This document shows, piece by piece, positions 19,853-29,020 of a stretch of 64,000 nt of DNA; positions within the stretch are counted from its first letter, which is position 1, and the number at the start of each line of letters is the position of its first letter. Source of the DNA: Nitrospiraceae bacterium UBA2600 (lineage in GTDB: Bacteria; Nitrospirota; Thermodesulfovibrionia; Thermodesulfovibrionales; Thermodesulfovibrionaceae); NCBI GenBank assembly GCA_002339325.1, contig DDKK01000031.1, positions 22,632 through 86,631 of the forward strand, written 5' to 3'. The notes below the pieces were generated by a model. It was not told the origin of the DNA and did no database searches. It saw nothing but the letters and a program-made list of their open reading frames with translations. A program made the position numbers and the translations under genes.

Positions 19853-20930
19853 AAATCATCATACCCTTATCAGTAAGAAAAACTCTTTTCCCGACTATCT
19901 TTACTAAATTTTCTTCTTCAAAAACACGGAAGAAATTAAGCAGGCATTCGCTATCTAATACAACTCCATCGGTTGTTCTTAAGCCAAGAAATACTTTCTC
20001 TTTCAAACTTTCCTTTGCATCAACCCTGTAGTCAATTATATGCATTAAGCTGTTGTATTTTAAAATAGCCGAATATTTTAATAAATCGGATGGATTGTGA
20101 AATCTCTCTTTTCCGTTAAAAGAATGAGCAGAGGGGCCTATTCCCAAATAGGGCTTTCTTTGCCAGTAATTATTGTTATGTCTACATTCAAAACCTTTTT
20201 TTGCAAAATTTGAAATCTCATATTTTATCAATCCCTTTGATTCAAGAAATTCAGTTCCACTCAGATACATCTGAACAATATCCTTTTCAGGAGGCAAGCT
20301 AACTTTACCAGAGTATAGGTCTTTGAAAAGTAAAGTATTTTCCTCTAAAGTGAGTTCATAAATGGAAACATGACTTATTTTCAAAGATGTGGCCATTTTC
20401 AATGAGTTCATCCAACTTTCAACAGTCTGAAACGGTATGGCATACATAAGGTCAATTGAGATATTTTCAAATCCGCTTCGAATAACCAGTCCTATCGTAT
20501 CTATAGCAGCCTTTGAGCTGTGCATTCGGCCTAAAAGACTCAGTTCTTCATCTTTGAATGACTGAACGCCTATGCTTATTCTATTTACACCGAAGTCTCT
20601 CATTATATTCATTTTTTCCAAATTAACTGTTGCTGGATTTATTTCTATGGAGAACTCTAATCCGCTGGCAAATCTAAAATTTGTTACTAAACTTTTTAAA
20701 AGCATCTCTAATGTCTTAGGCCTCATACTTGAAGGCGTTCCACCACCGACATAAACAGTCTCAAATAGATGGGGCAATTCTGAGCAGAGCTTTATTTCTC
20801 TCAAAATAGATTTAATGAAAACTTGCTCTACCTCTTCTGACCATTTAACTGAATAAAAACTACAATATCTGCATTTCTTCATACAGAATGGAACATGCAC
20901 ATATAGAGATGAAAAATAAGAGCTCATCAT
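19788..20930 (-). CDS. hemW: Radical SAM heme chaperone (HemN-like)
   Basis: LYVHVPFCMKKCRYCSF, GGGTPS, RISIGVQSF, YEISNFA, HNNNYW, GIGPSAHS. Confidence 0.9.
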   Translation of the reverse strand: MMSSYFSSLYVHVPFCMKKCRYCSFYSVKWSEEVEQVFIKSILREIKLCSELPHLFETVYVGGGTPSSMRPKTLEMLLKSLVTNFRFASGLEFSIEINPATVNLEKMNIMRDFGVNRISIGVQSFKDEELSLLGRMHSSKAAIDTIGLVIRSGFENISIDLMYAIPFQTVESWMNSLKMATSLKISHVSIYELTLEENTLLFKDLYSGKVSLPPEKDIVQMYLSGTEFLESKGLIKYEISNFAKKGFECRHNNNYWQRKPYLGIGPSAHSFNGKERFHNPSDLLKYSAILKYNSLMHIIDYRVDAKESLKEKVFLGLRTTDGVVLDSECLLNFFRVFEEENLVKIVGKRVFLTDKGMMISNELFVEALLHIENCPVCKQE

Positions 20931-20944
20931 TTATAATATCGTAA

Positions 20945-21919
20945 ATGCAGCTTCTTAAAAAATTTTTAATGCCTAATCTTTCATGGATTCAACTTGAAAT
21001 ATCCGGGCTTTGTAATGCATCCTGTTTTTACTGTCCCCATACAGTGTTCAGAAAAAATTGGAAGGGAAGAAACTTGTCTTTATCGGAATTCAATAAAATT
21101 TTACCTTTTCTTAAAAAAACAGAACTTCTATATCTTCAGGGATGGGGAGAGCCTTTTTGCAATCCAGACTTTTTTACATTTGTTGAAATAGCTAAAAAAT
21201 ACAATACAAAAGTAGGCACTACAACAAACGGGACTTTAATAGAACAGAAACATTTGGAAAAAATGGTAGATTTGCAGATGGACATAATTGCTTTTTCACT
21301 GACAGGAATACATAAAAATGATACTTTGAGAAAAGGAACGAATTTTGAAAAAATTTTAAAAACTGTCGAAGAGTTAAACGAGATAAAATTGAAACAAAAC
21401 AGCCAGAAACCTAATATTCATATTGCTTATCTACTTTTAAAATCAAACTTAGAAGAACTTGAAAACATACCGGAAATTTTTCATTCAAGGGGAATCGAAC
21501 ATATAGTTGTTAGTTTTCTTGATTTTATTCCCGATAAATCTTTAGAAGAAGAATCGCTTATGCCAAAAGATGAAGAGGATTTTAAAAGACTGAGCAAAAT
21601 AACTCAAGAAATAACCGAGAGGGCTAAAATAAAAAATTTATCTCTCTTTTTCAATCTTCCACATCCCTTCAAAAGAAGAGAAGTATGTTCAGAGAAGCCC
21701 ACAAATGCCTTATTTATAAATTCTCTTGGCTTTGTCTCTCCCTGTGTTTTCACAGGTCTGCCTTTTAATAGTGAGCAAAATATCCATTTTGGAAATATAA
21801 ACGAAAAGAGTTTGGAGTCCATATGGTTTAGTAAAAACTATAGAAAATTCAGAAAAGTTCATGTATCTTCAGCCCCTCCTTCAGTTTGCAAAAACTGTCC
21901 AAAGCTTAGAATTATGTAA
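20945..21919 (+). CDS. Radical SAM / SPASM-domain protein
   Basis: CNASCFYC, GWGEP, TTNGT, C-terminal VCSEK...VSPC...CKNC. Confidence 0.85.
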   Translation: MQLLKKFLMPNLSWIQLEISGLCNASCFYCPHTVFRKNWKGRNLSLSEFNKILPFLKKTELLYLQGWGEPFCNPDFFTFVEIAKKYNTKVGTTTNGTLIEQKHLEKMVDLQMDIIAFSLTGIHKNDTLRKGTNFEKILKTVEELNEIKLKQNSQKPNIHIAYLLLKSNLEELENIPEIFHSRGIEHIVVSFLDFIPDKSLEEESLMPKDEEDFKRLSKITQEITERAKIKNLSLFFNLPHPFKRREVCSEKPTNALFINSLGFVSPCVFTGLPFNSEQNIHFGNINEKSLESIWFSKNYRKFRKVHVSSAPPSVCKNCPKLRIM

Positions 21920-21958
21920 TGTTGCAAAATTAAGCCCTTTTAAGTTATAAAATAAGTT

Positions 21959-23203
21959 ATGAAAAAATTATTCGTTACCCTACTCTTTTTGTTGCTTAAT
22001 TTCCTTTATGCCCCAATAAATTATGCAGAAGAAGAGAATAAGGCAATTACTTTAAAACAAGATGAGAAAAAGGAGATAATTTTTTCAGGCAGTGAAGATT
22101 TTACGCTTCTTCCTGAGACAAAAGAAAATTTTATAAATAAAATCGAAAAACACATAAATCTTTTCTCCGAAAGACTGAAAGGAAAATTCTCTCTATGGCT
22201 ATCACGTTCAGGACGCTACATAGAGATAATGAAGGAAATCTTAATTGAAAAAGGACTTCCCGAAGAACTCGTCTACCTTCCATTAATAGAGAGCGGATTT
22301 AATGTTAATGCCCGTTCTCCTGCTAAAGCAGTAGGTCCGTGGCAGTTTATAGAAAGCACAGCAAAGAGATACGGCCTGATAGTAGACTGGTGGAGAGATG
22401 AAAGAAAAGACCCTATAAAGTCAACTATTGCTGCAGCGAACTACTTAAATGACCTGTATAAAATGTTTGGTGATTGGTCATTAGCTCTCGCCGCTTACAA
22501 CGCAGGCGAAGGCAGAATATACAGAGCAGTAAATAAAATAGGTGAAAACGATTACTGGTCTCTCTTAAATACGAGATATATTCCAAAAGAAACTCAAAAC
22601 TATGTTCCTAAATACATAGCAGCTATAACAATAGCAAAACAGCCAGAGAATTTCGGTTTTAGTAATATTAAAGAACATGAGCCTCTAAATTATGAAGAAG
22701 TCACCATTCCTTCTCCAACTGATATTGATTTAATAGCGAAATGTGCAGAGACTGACTTAGAAACTATAAAGGAGTTAAATCCTGAACTGAAAAGATGGTC
22801 AACACCAATGAATGTTAAGGAATACAAAATAAGAATTCCTGCAGACAAAAAAGAAATTTTTATATCGAATTTTGAAAAGATTCCTCCTGAAAAGAGATTT
22901 AGTTACGACACTTATATAACACAAAAAGGAGACAATATCACAAAAATAGTTCAAAAAACTAAATTGACTTCCAAAGTTATATATGAATTAAACGGAACAG
23001 AAATATTTAAAAACTTAAAACCAGGCACTAAAATAATGATTCCGCCTCATGATAAATTTGTTCTTACCAAAGAAGATAAATACTCGGAGAAAAAAATTAC
23101 AAGAAAGTCCAGCAAAGCATCTTCAAAGATAGCAAAGAATAATCAGAACAAAAAGACTTCCAGTAAAGAGAAAATAGTTAGAAAAGTTAAAGCAAGAAAA
23201 TAA
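21959..23203 (+). CDS. MltD-like lytic transglycosylase with LysM
   Basis: [37 protein letters not shown]. Confidence 0.9.
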   Translation: MKKLFVTLLFLLLNFLYAPINYAEEENKAITLKQDEKKEIIFSGSEDFTLLPETKENFINKIEKHINLFSERLKGKFSLWLSRSGRYIEIMKEILIEKGLPEELVYLPLIESGFNVNARSPAKAVGPWQFIESTAKRYGLIVDWWRDERKDPIKSTIAAANYLNDLYKMFGDWSLALAAYNAGEGRIYRAVNKIGENDYWSLLNTRYIPKETQNYVPKYIAAITIAKQPENFGFSNIKEHEPLNYEEVTIPSPTDIDLIAKCAETDLETIKELNPELKRWSTPMNVKEYKIRIPADKKEIFISNFEKIPPEKRFSYDTYITQKGDNITKIVQKTKLTSKVIYELNGTEIFKNLKPGTKIMIPPHDKFVLTKEDKYSEKKITRKSSKASSKIAKNNQNKKTSSKEKIVRKVKARK

Positions 23204-23213
23204 TAGATTATTT

Positions 23214-23855
23214 TTATTTATTTTTACCTGCATCTACATACTTCTTTGCCATCTCGGCAAAAGGCGATTTAGGAAAATCCTTAATAAGCTTTTCATAGTA
23301 TCTGAGAGATTCCTCTTTGTTTTCATTCTCATAAATTTTTCCAAGTTGATATAAAGCAAAATCTTTTAAAATCTCGGATTTTCCACTCACTATCTCATTA
23401 AGCTTTTTTACGGCTTCTGCTTTTTCATTGCGTTTCAGATAAATAGTCGCTATTCTTACCATTGCAAGATTAGTAAAGTTAATATCATTACTTGCTACCA
23501 CCTTATTTAAAACCTCTAAAGCCTTGTCTTTTTGCCCTGCCATATCATAGGCATAACCTGCATTGAGAAGATATGTGAGGTTACTTCTCTTGTTATAGGC
23601 TTCCATGAATAGCTGTGCAGCCTTCATATATCTCTGTTCTTTAGATATGTCCACATTTTTTATAATTCCAAAGTAATACTTGTAGGCTTCTGATTCAAGT
23701 TCCTTAGCGTCCGTTTGTTGTTTTACAGTATAAAGGTAAACACCCAAAACTATTAAAATTATTAAAAATACAGCTGCCGATATGAAAATAAGCTTTTTTT
23801 TCTGTAAATTTAATTTTTCCCTAAAATTTTCCATGTGTTCAACATGTTGTTTCAT
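23214..23855 (-). CDS. Membrane-anchored TPR protein (YfgM-like)
   Basis: Single N-terminal TM followed by helical TPR-like repeats. Confidence 0.65.
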   Translation of the reverse strand: MKQHVEHMENFREKLNLQKKKLIFISAAVFLIILIVLGVYLYTVKQQTDAKELESEAYKYYFGIIKNVDISKEQRYMKAAQLFMEAYNKRSNLTYLLNAGYAYDMAGQKDKALEVLNKVVASNDINFTNLAMVRIATIYLKRNEKAEAVKKLNEIVSGKSEILKDFALYQLGKIYENENKEESLRYYEKLIKDFPKSPFAEMAKKYVDAGKNK

Positions 23856-24502
23856 GCAGTTTTCCTCCTTACAATGTCCTCCATATTTCTAAATATCTCT
23901 TGTATATCCGTATCTGAAAGACCTGCACCTTTTAATATCCGGCAGGCAAAATCTTTCGAAATTAAATCTCCTGGAGAATGGGCATCTGTATTTATTACTA
24001 ACTTGGCAGAGTATTTTTGGGCAAGCCTTGCTACGTGTCCATTACTTAAGCTGTGTCCCTTTCGAGCTGTTATTTCAAGAGAAATACCCCTGTTTGACGC
24101 TTCCTTTACTTCCTCTTCAGATATCAAGCCTGGATGTGCAAGAATATCAATGTCTGACTGAAGGGCTGCTTTGTTTGTTCCCTCTTTAACTGGTTCTACA
24201 AGAGTTTCACCGTGCACAACTACTATCTTTGCTCCGAGCGTTCTTGCCTCTTTTGCAAGTTCCGGAATACTCGCCGGCGGAACATGAGTAATCTCTATTC
24301 CTGGAATCAAAACTAAAGGCGTATAGGGCTGGATTTCCTTTAAAACTTTTACCAGTCGGGGTATAATAAAATCTATATTTGAATGGTCTGCATGGTCGGT
24401 TATAGCAAGAGCTCTGTAACCAATAGCCTCAGCCCTCCTGATAATCTCAGCAGGAATAAGCTCACCATCACTGAAAACGCTATGAATATGAAAATCTATC
24501 AT
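23852..24502 (-). CDS. PHP-domain phosphoesterase
   Basis: DFHIHSVFSDG, ITDHAD, ILAHPG, NTDAH. Confidence 0.9.
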   Translation of the reverse strand: MIDFHIHSVFSDGELIPAEIIRRAEAIGYRALAITDHADHSNIDFIIPRLVKVLKEIQPYTPLVLIPGIEITHVPPASIPELAKEARTLGAKIVVVHGETLVEPVKEGTNKAALQSDIDILAHPGLISEEEVKEASNRGISLEITARKGHSLSNGHVARLAQKYSAKLVINTDAHSPGDLISKDFACRILKGAGLSDTDIQEIFRNMEDIVRRKTA

Positions 24503-25059
24503 TTGAGAAACTCGAGCATCTTTTTAAATTCTGCTGTGCCTGCTTTTCTTAAAATCTGAAATATTAGCGTCTCTGTGCAAGTAACAATTCCTCCCGCCTG
24601 ACCAATAATTTCAAGTCCTGTTTTCCAATCTTCTTTTCTTCGGCTACACACTGCATCTTTGGGAACAAAAATCACATAATCTCTTGCAAGAAAATCTAAT
24701 GCCGTCTGCAAGATACATACGTGAGTTTCCATGCCTATTAAAATAACTTTTTTTCGTTCTTTTTCGAGAAATTTTTGCATAAATTTTTCTTCTCCGGGGC
24801 AGCTAAAGTGAAGCTTTTCTATTGGCTCTTCTTCCATAAAAATTTTGATATTCTGCAGAGTTTGACCAAGACCTTTAGGATACTGTTCCGTAAAAATAAC
24901 TGGAATATTAAAAATTTTGGCAAGATTCAAAATTTTAGTTGCATTACTGAGTATTTTATCAAGAATTTCTTTTTTCATGGCATTTGCTAATTTTTCCTGA
25001 AAATCTACAGCAACAATTAGAGCCTCTTCAGAATTAAGAAAAAATTTATCTACAGACAT
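24499..25059 (-). CDS. Isochorismatase-family cysteine hydrolase
   Basis: VDFQEK, TEQYPKGLG, EKLHFSC, GMETHVCILQT. Confidence 0.9.
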   Translation of the reverse strand: MSVDKFFLNSEEALIVAVDFQEKLANAMKKEILDKILSNATKILNLAKIFNIPVIFTEQYPKGLGQTLQNIKIFMEEEPIEKLHFSCPGEEKFMQKFLEKERKKVILIGMETHVCILQTALDFLARDYVIFVPKDAVCSRRKEDWKTGLEIIGQAGGIVTCTETLIFQILRKAGTAEFKKMLEFLK

Positions 25060-25435
25060 TTGTCTCCTCCTCAGCCAGTTCTCTCAAAAGTTTTATTATA
25101 TCATCAATCTTAAAAGGTTTGGTAATATACCATTTAACGCCGAGTTCTCTTGCTGTTTGTTTATCAATCTCCTGACCTTTTGCAGTGAGTATAACGACTT
25201 TCATATTCCACGAAGGAGGTTCATTTTGAAGGATTCGACATATTTCAAATCCGTTTAGCTTCGGCATCATTATATCAAGGAAGACAATGTCGGGTTTTTC
25301 TTTTTTTATCAATTCAAGTCCTTCAAGACCGTCAGCAGCCTCAAGAGTTTCGATATCCAAATTCTCTATTTCGTCAATTATTTGAAGCATTAATTCCCTT
25401 ATAATAGCCTCATCATCTACAATTAGAATTCTCAT
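25046..25435 (-). CDS. Single-domain response regulator
   Basis: IVDDE, LDIMMP, LTAK, KPF. Confidence 0.93.
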   Translation of the reverse strand: MRILIVDDEAIIRELMLQIIDEIENLDIETLEAADGLEGLELIKKEKPDIVFLDIMMPKLNGFEICRILQNEPPSWNMKVVILTAKGQEIDKQTARELGVKWYITKPFKIDDIIKLLRELAEEETNVCR

Positions 25436-25540
25436 TGCAACTCCTCCCTAAAGGAATAATTGAAAATTCTTATTCTTTACGCAGATAGGTTACAGAAAGT
25501 CCCATTAAAAAATCAAGATAGGCTATCTTTTTTAAAACAA

Positions 25541-25621
25541 TGCGAGAGGAGGGATTTGAACCCTCACGGGTCTCCCCACTGGATTCTAAGTCCAGCGCGT
25601 CTGCCGTTCCGCCACTCTCGC
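25541..25621 (-). tRNA. tRNA-Leu(UAG), CCA not encoded
   Basis: GCGAGAG acceptor stem, D loop GGAACGGCAGA, anticodon arm CTGGA-CTTAGAA-TCCAG, long variable arm, T arm GGTTCAAATCC. Confidence 0.95.
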
Positions 25622-25723
25622 TTAATTTTAATCTGAAGGAGTTTGAAATTCTCGGCAAATTATTTCTTATTATAGAACATTTTTACATTTTTTTCATGCT
25701 TATGGGCAGTAAATTTTTTATAA

Positions 25724-26788
25724 CTAATCTTTGAAGTTTTCTCTAATTTTAAGGAAAGCATCCAAGTTGTCAATAAAAAGAGAGAAAAGTTTAGGGTCAA
25801 AAAAAACGGGCGAATCTTTTTTCATCAGACCTATGGCTTGGTCTATTGAAAAAGCTGGTCTGTAAACTCTGTTTGAAGTAAGAGCATCAAATACATCGCA
25901 TATTGACACAATTCTTGCATAAATGTGAATTTCCTCTCCTTTTAGTCCTTTGGGATAACCTGAGCCATCCCATCTTTCATGATGTTGTTTTGCTATTATT
26001 TTACCTGCCTGGAGTGTTCTTAATCTCGGGTCAGATTCGAGAATTTTAGCACCTATCACTGTATGAAGTTTTATTATTTCAAACTCCTCAGATGTAAGGG
26101 GACCTGGTTTTCTTAAAATTCTGTCTGGAATACCAACCTTTCCTACGTCATGAAGCGGAGAAGCAAAGAATACAAGATTTTGCTCATAATCAGATAAGCC
26201 AGCCATTTGTGCAAGCAATTTAGAATAGTAGCTCATTCTCCTGATGTGTTGCCCTGTCTCTTCATCTCTAGACTCGGAAATCATACCGAGTTTAACTACC
26301 ATTTCGTATTCTGCTTCTTTGGCTAAATCAAGGGCACTTTGTAGTTCTTTTGTCTTTCTTCTAACTTCTTTCTGTAAAATTTCATTTAAGTCTCTTATTA
26401 TATCGTGATATTTTTTTATTTGAAGATTATTGGTAACTCTTAATTTTAGCTCCTCTGCATCAAATGGTTTTGATAGAAAGTCATTGGCACCGATTTTAAG
26501 GGCATTCTTCCTCTCTTTGTCGTCTCCTGAAAGCACTATAACTGGAATTTGAGAGGTTGACACTTCCGATTTTAAAATTTTTAAAACTTCTATTCCGTTT
26601 AGTTTTGGCATTCTTAAATCTAAGATTATGACATCGGGCGAGTGGGTTTTAAGAATTTCAAGAGCTTCTTCTCCGTTACTTGCGGTAAGAACAGTTATGT
26701 TTGGGTCATCAGCGAAAATTGCTGTTATTAACTCAAGATTGATGAACTCATCATCAACAGCAAGTATCTTTGAGACTTCATCAAGCAT
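25724..26788 (-). CDS. Receiver + HD-GYP c-di-GMP phosphodiesterase
   Basis: AVDDE...LDLRMP receiver; ETGQH, HDVGK, HHERWDGSGYP; start moved to MLDEVSK because the ORF-track start overlaps dtd. Confidence 0.92.
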   Translation of the reverse strand: MLDEVSKILAVDDEFINLELITAIFADDPNITVLTASNGEEALEILKTHSPDVIILDLRMPKLNGIEVLKILKSEVSTSQIPVIVLSGDDKERKNALKIGANDFLSKPFDAEELKLRVTNNLQIKKYHDIIRDLNEILQKEVRRKTKELQSALDLAKEAEYEMVVKLGMISESRDEETGQHIRRMSYYSKLLAQMAGLSDYEQNLVFFASPLHDVGKVGIPDRILRKPGPLTSEEFEIIKLHTVIGAKILESDPRLRTLQAGKIIAKQHHERWDGSGYPKGLKGEEIHIYARIVSICDVFDALTSNRVYRPAFSIDQAIGLMKKDSPVFFDPKLFSLFIDNLDAFLKIRENFKD

Positions 26789-26808
26789 AATATGATATAT
26801 TAACATAA

Positions 26809-27249
26809 ATGATTGCATTAATTCAGAGAGTATCAAATGCATCTGTTGACATAAACGAGAAAAGATATTCGGAGATAGTAAAGGGACTACTGGTCTTTGT
26901 TGGAATTGAAAGGAATGACCAGCGTAAAGATGCAGATTATCTTGCAAATAAAATTGTTAATATGAGAATTTTTGAAGATGACGCTGGAAAGATGAATCTT
27001 TCCATAAAGGACATAAAGGGAGAGATAATGATTGTATCGGAGTTTACTTTAGCAGGAGATTGCAGAAAAGGTTTAAGGCCTTCTTTTGAAAAAGCCATGC
27101 CTCCACAAGAAGCAGAAAAACTCTACCGATATTTTATTGAAAAGATTAAAGGTTACGGAATAAATGTAAAAGAAGGGCTTTTCAGAAGTTTCATGAAGGT
27201 AAACTTAACAAATGAAGGGCCTGTGACATTTATATTAAGTTCGAGATAG
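26809..27249 (+). CDS. dtd: D-aminoacyl-tRNA deacylase
   Basis: MIALIQRV, RIFED, SEFTL (SQFTL variant), KGLRPSF, NEGPVT. Confidence 0.95.
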   Translation: MIALIQRVSNASVDINEKRYSEIVKGLLVFVGIERNDQRKDADYLANKIVNMRIFEDDAGKMNLSIKDIKGEIMIVSEFTLAGDCRKGLRPSFEKAMPPQEAEKLYRYFIEKIKGYGINVKEGLFRSFMKVNLTNEGPVTFILSSR

Positions 27250-27252
27250 AGC

Positions 27253-28491
27253 ATGTTTGAAGATTTGCTAAAAAACGATATCTACACAGAAGTTGTTAAT
27301 TTTTTATCTGAAAAAAATCTCTCCGAATTATCTTTTGTAGTGGGTGGCACTCTGAGGGATTTACTCCTAAAAAGAGAGATAAAAGATATTGATTTTGCAA
27401 TCAAAGGAGACACAATAAAACTTGCAAAAGAATTCTCAAAAAAGATTGGAGGAACTTTTGTCCTCTTAGATGAACATTTCTCTATAGGCAGAATTGTTAA
27501 AGACGATATCACTATCGATTTTTCTGAAATAAGAGGTAAATCAATAGAGTCAGACTTAATGGAAAGGGATTTTACAATTAATGCCATTGCTTTCAGTATA
27601 GCCTCTAATAAAATCATAGACCCTCTCAACGGCATGAGAGATATAGAGAAAAAGAAGATAAAAATGGTCAATGAGGAAAATCTAAAAATAGACCCCCTCA
27701 GAATACTCAGAGCATACAGGTTTAATGCCACTTTAAATTTTGATATAGAAAACAAAACAAGAGACGCACTAAAGAGAAATGCGCCCTTACTAAGAATTAC
27801 AGCAAAAGAAAGGATTAAGGAAGAAATATGGAAAATATTTGCAACTGATTTTAGTCTAAAAACAGTTGAGCTAATGCTGGAAGATGAAATTTTTAATTCA
27901 ATTTTTAAATTTTCAGAGATTCTTAAACCTAAATACAACACTAAAGCCCTATCAATAATAGAAGAAATTCTGCGAAAACCTGAAAATATATTCTCTAACT
28001 TCAAGATAAATCAACCTTATATTAAGGTTTGTCTTAAATTTGCTGCTCTATTTGGTTTTCAGGCCACTCAATTGATAAGACAAATAAAACCTTCAAAAAG
28101 AGAGGAGAGATTCATAGAAAAACTGATAGAAGCAGAAAAAAGCTTAAGAAAAATAGAAAATCTATTCGATAAAGTTAATTTTATAAGACAATACGAAAGT
28201 ATTTTTTATCCTGCTTTAATATATAGCGTAAGCACAGACCCACTTGCCACTTCAAGATTGTGGTTTTACAGGGAAATGGAGGGTTTTTATAAAAAGATTT
28301 ATCTTAAAAATAAGAAAAAGACTCCTCTCATACGAGGAGATGACCTCATAAATATGGGTATGGAACCTTCTCCAACTATAGGACATCTTCTTGAGAGAGT
28401 TGAACTCCTCACTTTAGCCGGTAAATTATCAACTAAAGAGGATGCTCTTGAATATATAAGGAATTATCCAAATTTAAGACAAAAAACTTAA
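27253..28491 (+). CDS. Class II tRNA nucleotidyltransferase, probably CC-adding type
   Basis: VGGTLRDLLL...DIDF, ERDFTINA, DPLNG, DPLRILRAYRF, ERIKEE. Confidence 0.85.
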   Translation: MFEDLLKNDIYTEVVNFLSEKNLSELSFVVGGTLRDLLLKREIKDIDFAIKGDTIKLAKEFSKKIGGTFVLLDEHFSIGRIVKDDITIDFSEIRGKSIESDLMERDFTINAIAFSIASNKIIDPLNGMRDIEKKKIKMVNEENLKIDPLRILRAYRFNATLNFDIENKTRDALKRNAPLLRITAKERIKEEIWKIFATDFSLKTVELMLEDEIFNSIFKFSEILKPKYNTKALSIIEEILRKPENIFSNFKINQPYIKVCLKFAALFGFQATQLIRQIKPSKREERFIEKLIEAEKSLRKIENLFDKVNFIRQYESIFYPALIYSVSTDPLATSRLWFYREMEGFYKKIYLKNKKKTPLIRGDDLINMGMEPSPTIGHLLERVELLTLAGKLSTKEDALEYIRNYPNLRQKT

Positions 28492-28545
28492 AAATTCTAT
28501 TTTGATATTTTTAGTGGTATAAATTAAAGAATACAATGAACTGAT

Positions 28546-28821
28546 TTATTCAAGCAGAATCAATAATTCATTCGTTCGCTCTTCAAGTTTTTTAAATTGT
28601 TTTTTCGTCTCTTCAAGTTCCATTCTGACCTCATAAAGTTCATCGGCAATGTAAAGACATGTAAGAATGGCTGCCCTTAATGGTGGCATATTTGCATTCT
28701 GCTCATAAACTTTCCTTAGTTTTTTATCCACATAGGCAGCCAGCTCTTGTATATATTCAGCGTCTTTCTCTCCTTTTATAGTATATTTTTGACCCAGTAT
28801 ATATACTTCTGCTTTATGCAT
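28546..28821 (-). CDS. zapA: Cell division protein ZapA
   Basis: VYILGQKYTI, LAAYVDKK, AAILTCLYIADE. Confidence 0.85.
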   Translation of the reverse strand: MHKAEVYILGQKYTIKGEKDAEYIQELAAYVDKKLRKVYEQNANMPPLRAAILTCLYIADELYEVRMELEETKKQFKKLEERTNELLILLE

Positions 28822-29020
28822 GGGCTTCCAGTTCGAGCTCTTTCAGAAGTTCCTCAATCTGCTTTTTTATTGCCTCTCTTTCTGATACAAGTGTTTCTAT
28901 TTCCTGATTTTTTACTCTTAAAGCTTCTTCAAGGCTTTTAACTTTTTTTGTCAATTCCTCTTTTTCCTGTTTGAGAATCCTGATTCTTTCAAGAGCTGAT
29001 AGAATTTTTTCCTCAATCAT
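28814..29020 (-). CDS. Short coiled-coil protein (ZapB-like)
   Basis: 68-aa heptad-rich ORF directly upstream of zapA. Confidence 0.6.
   Translation of the reverse strand: MIEEKILSALERIRILKQEKEELTKKVKSLEEALRVKNQEIETLVSEREAIKKQIEELLKELELEAHA

Noticed and set aside
25436-25723. tRNA-Leu as an integration site
   Set aside because: No integrase, no duplicated tRNA 3' end, ordinary flanking genes
25470-25734. ORF-track ORFs 25470..25658 and 25540..25734
   Set aside because: They are translations across the tRNA-Leu gene
26789-26947. N-terminal extension of the HD-GYP ORF
   Set aside because: It overlaps dtd antisense; the receiver domain starts at 26788
28492-28545. 6S RNA downstream of zapA
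   Set aside because: The gap is only 54 nt, AT-rich and unstructured
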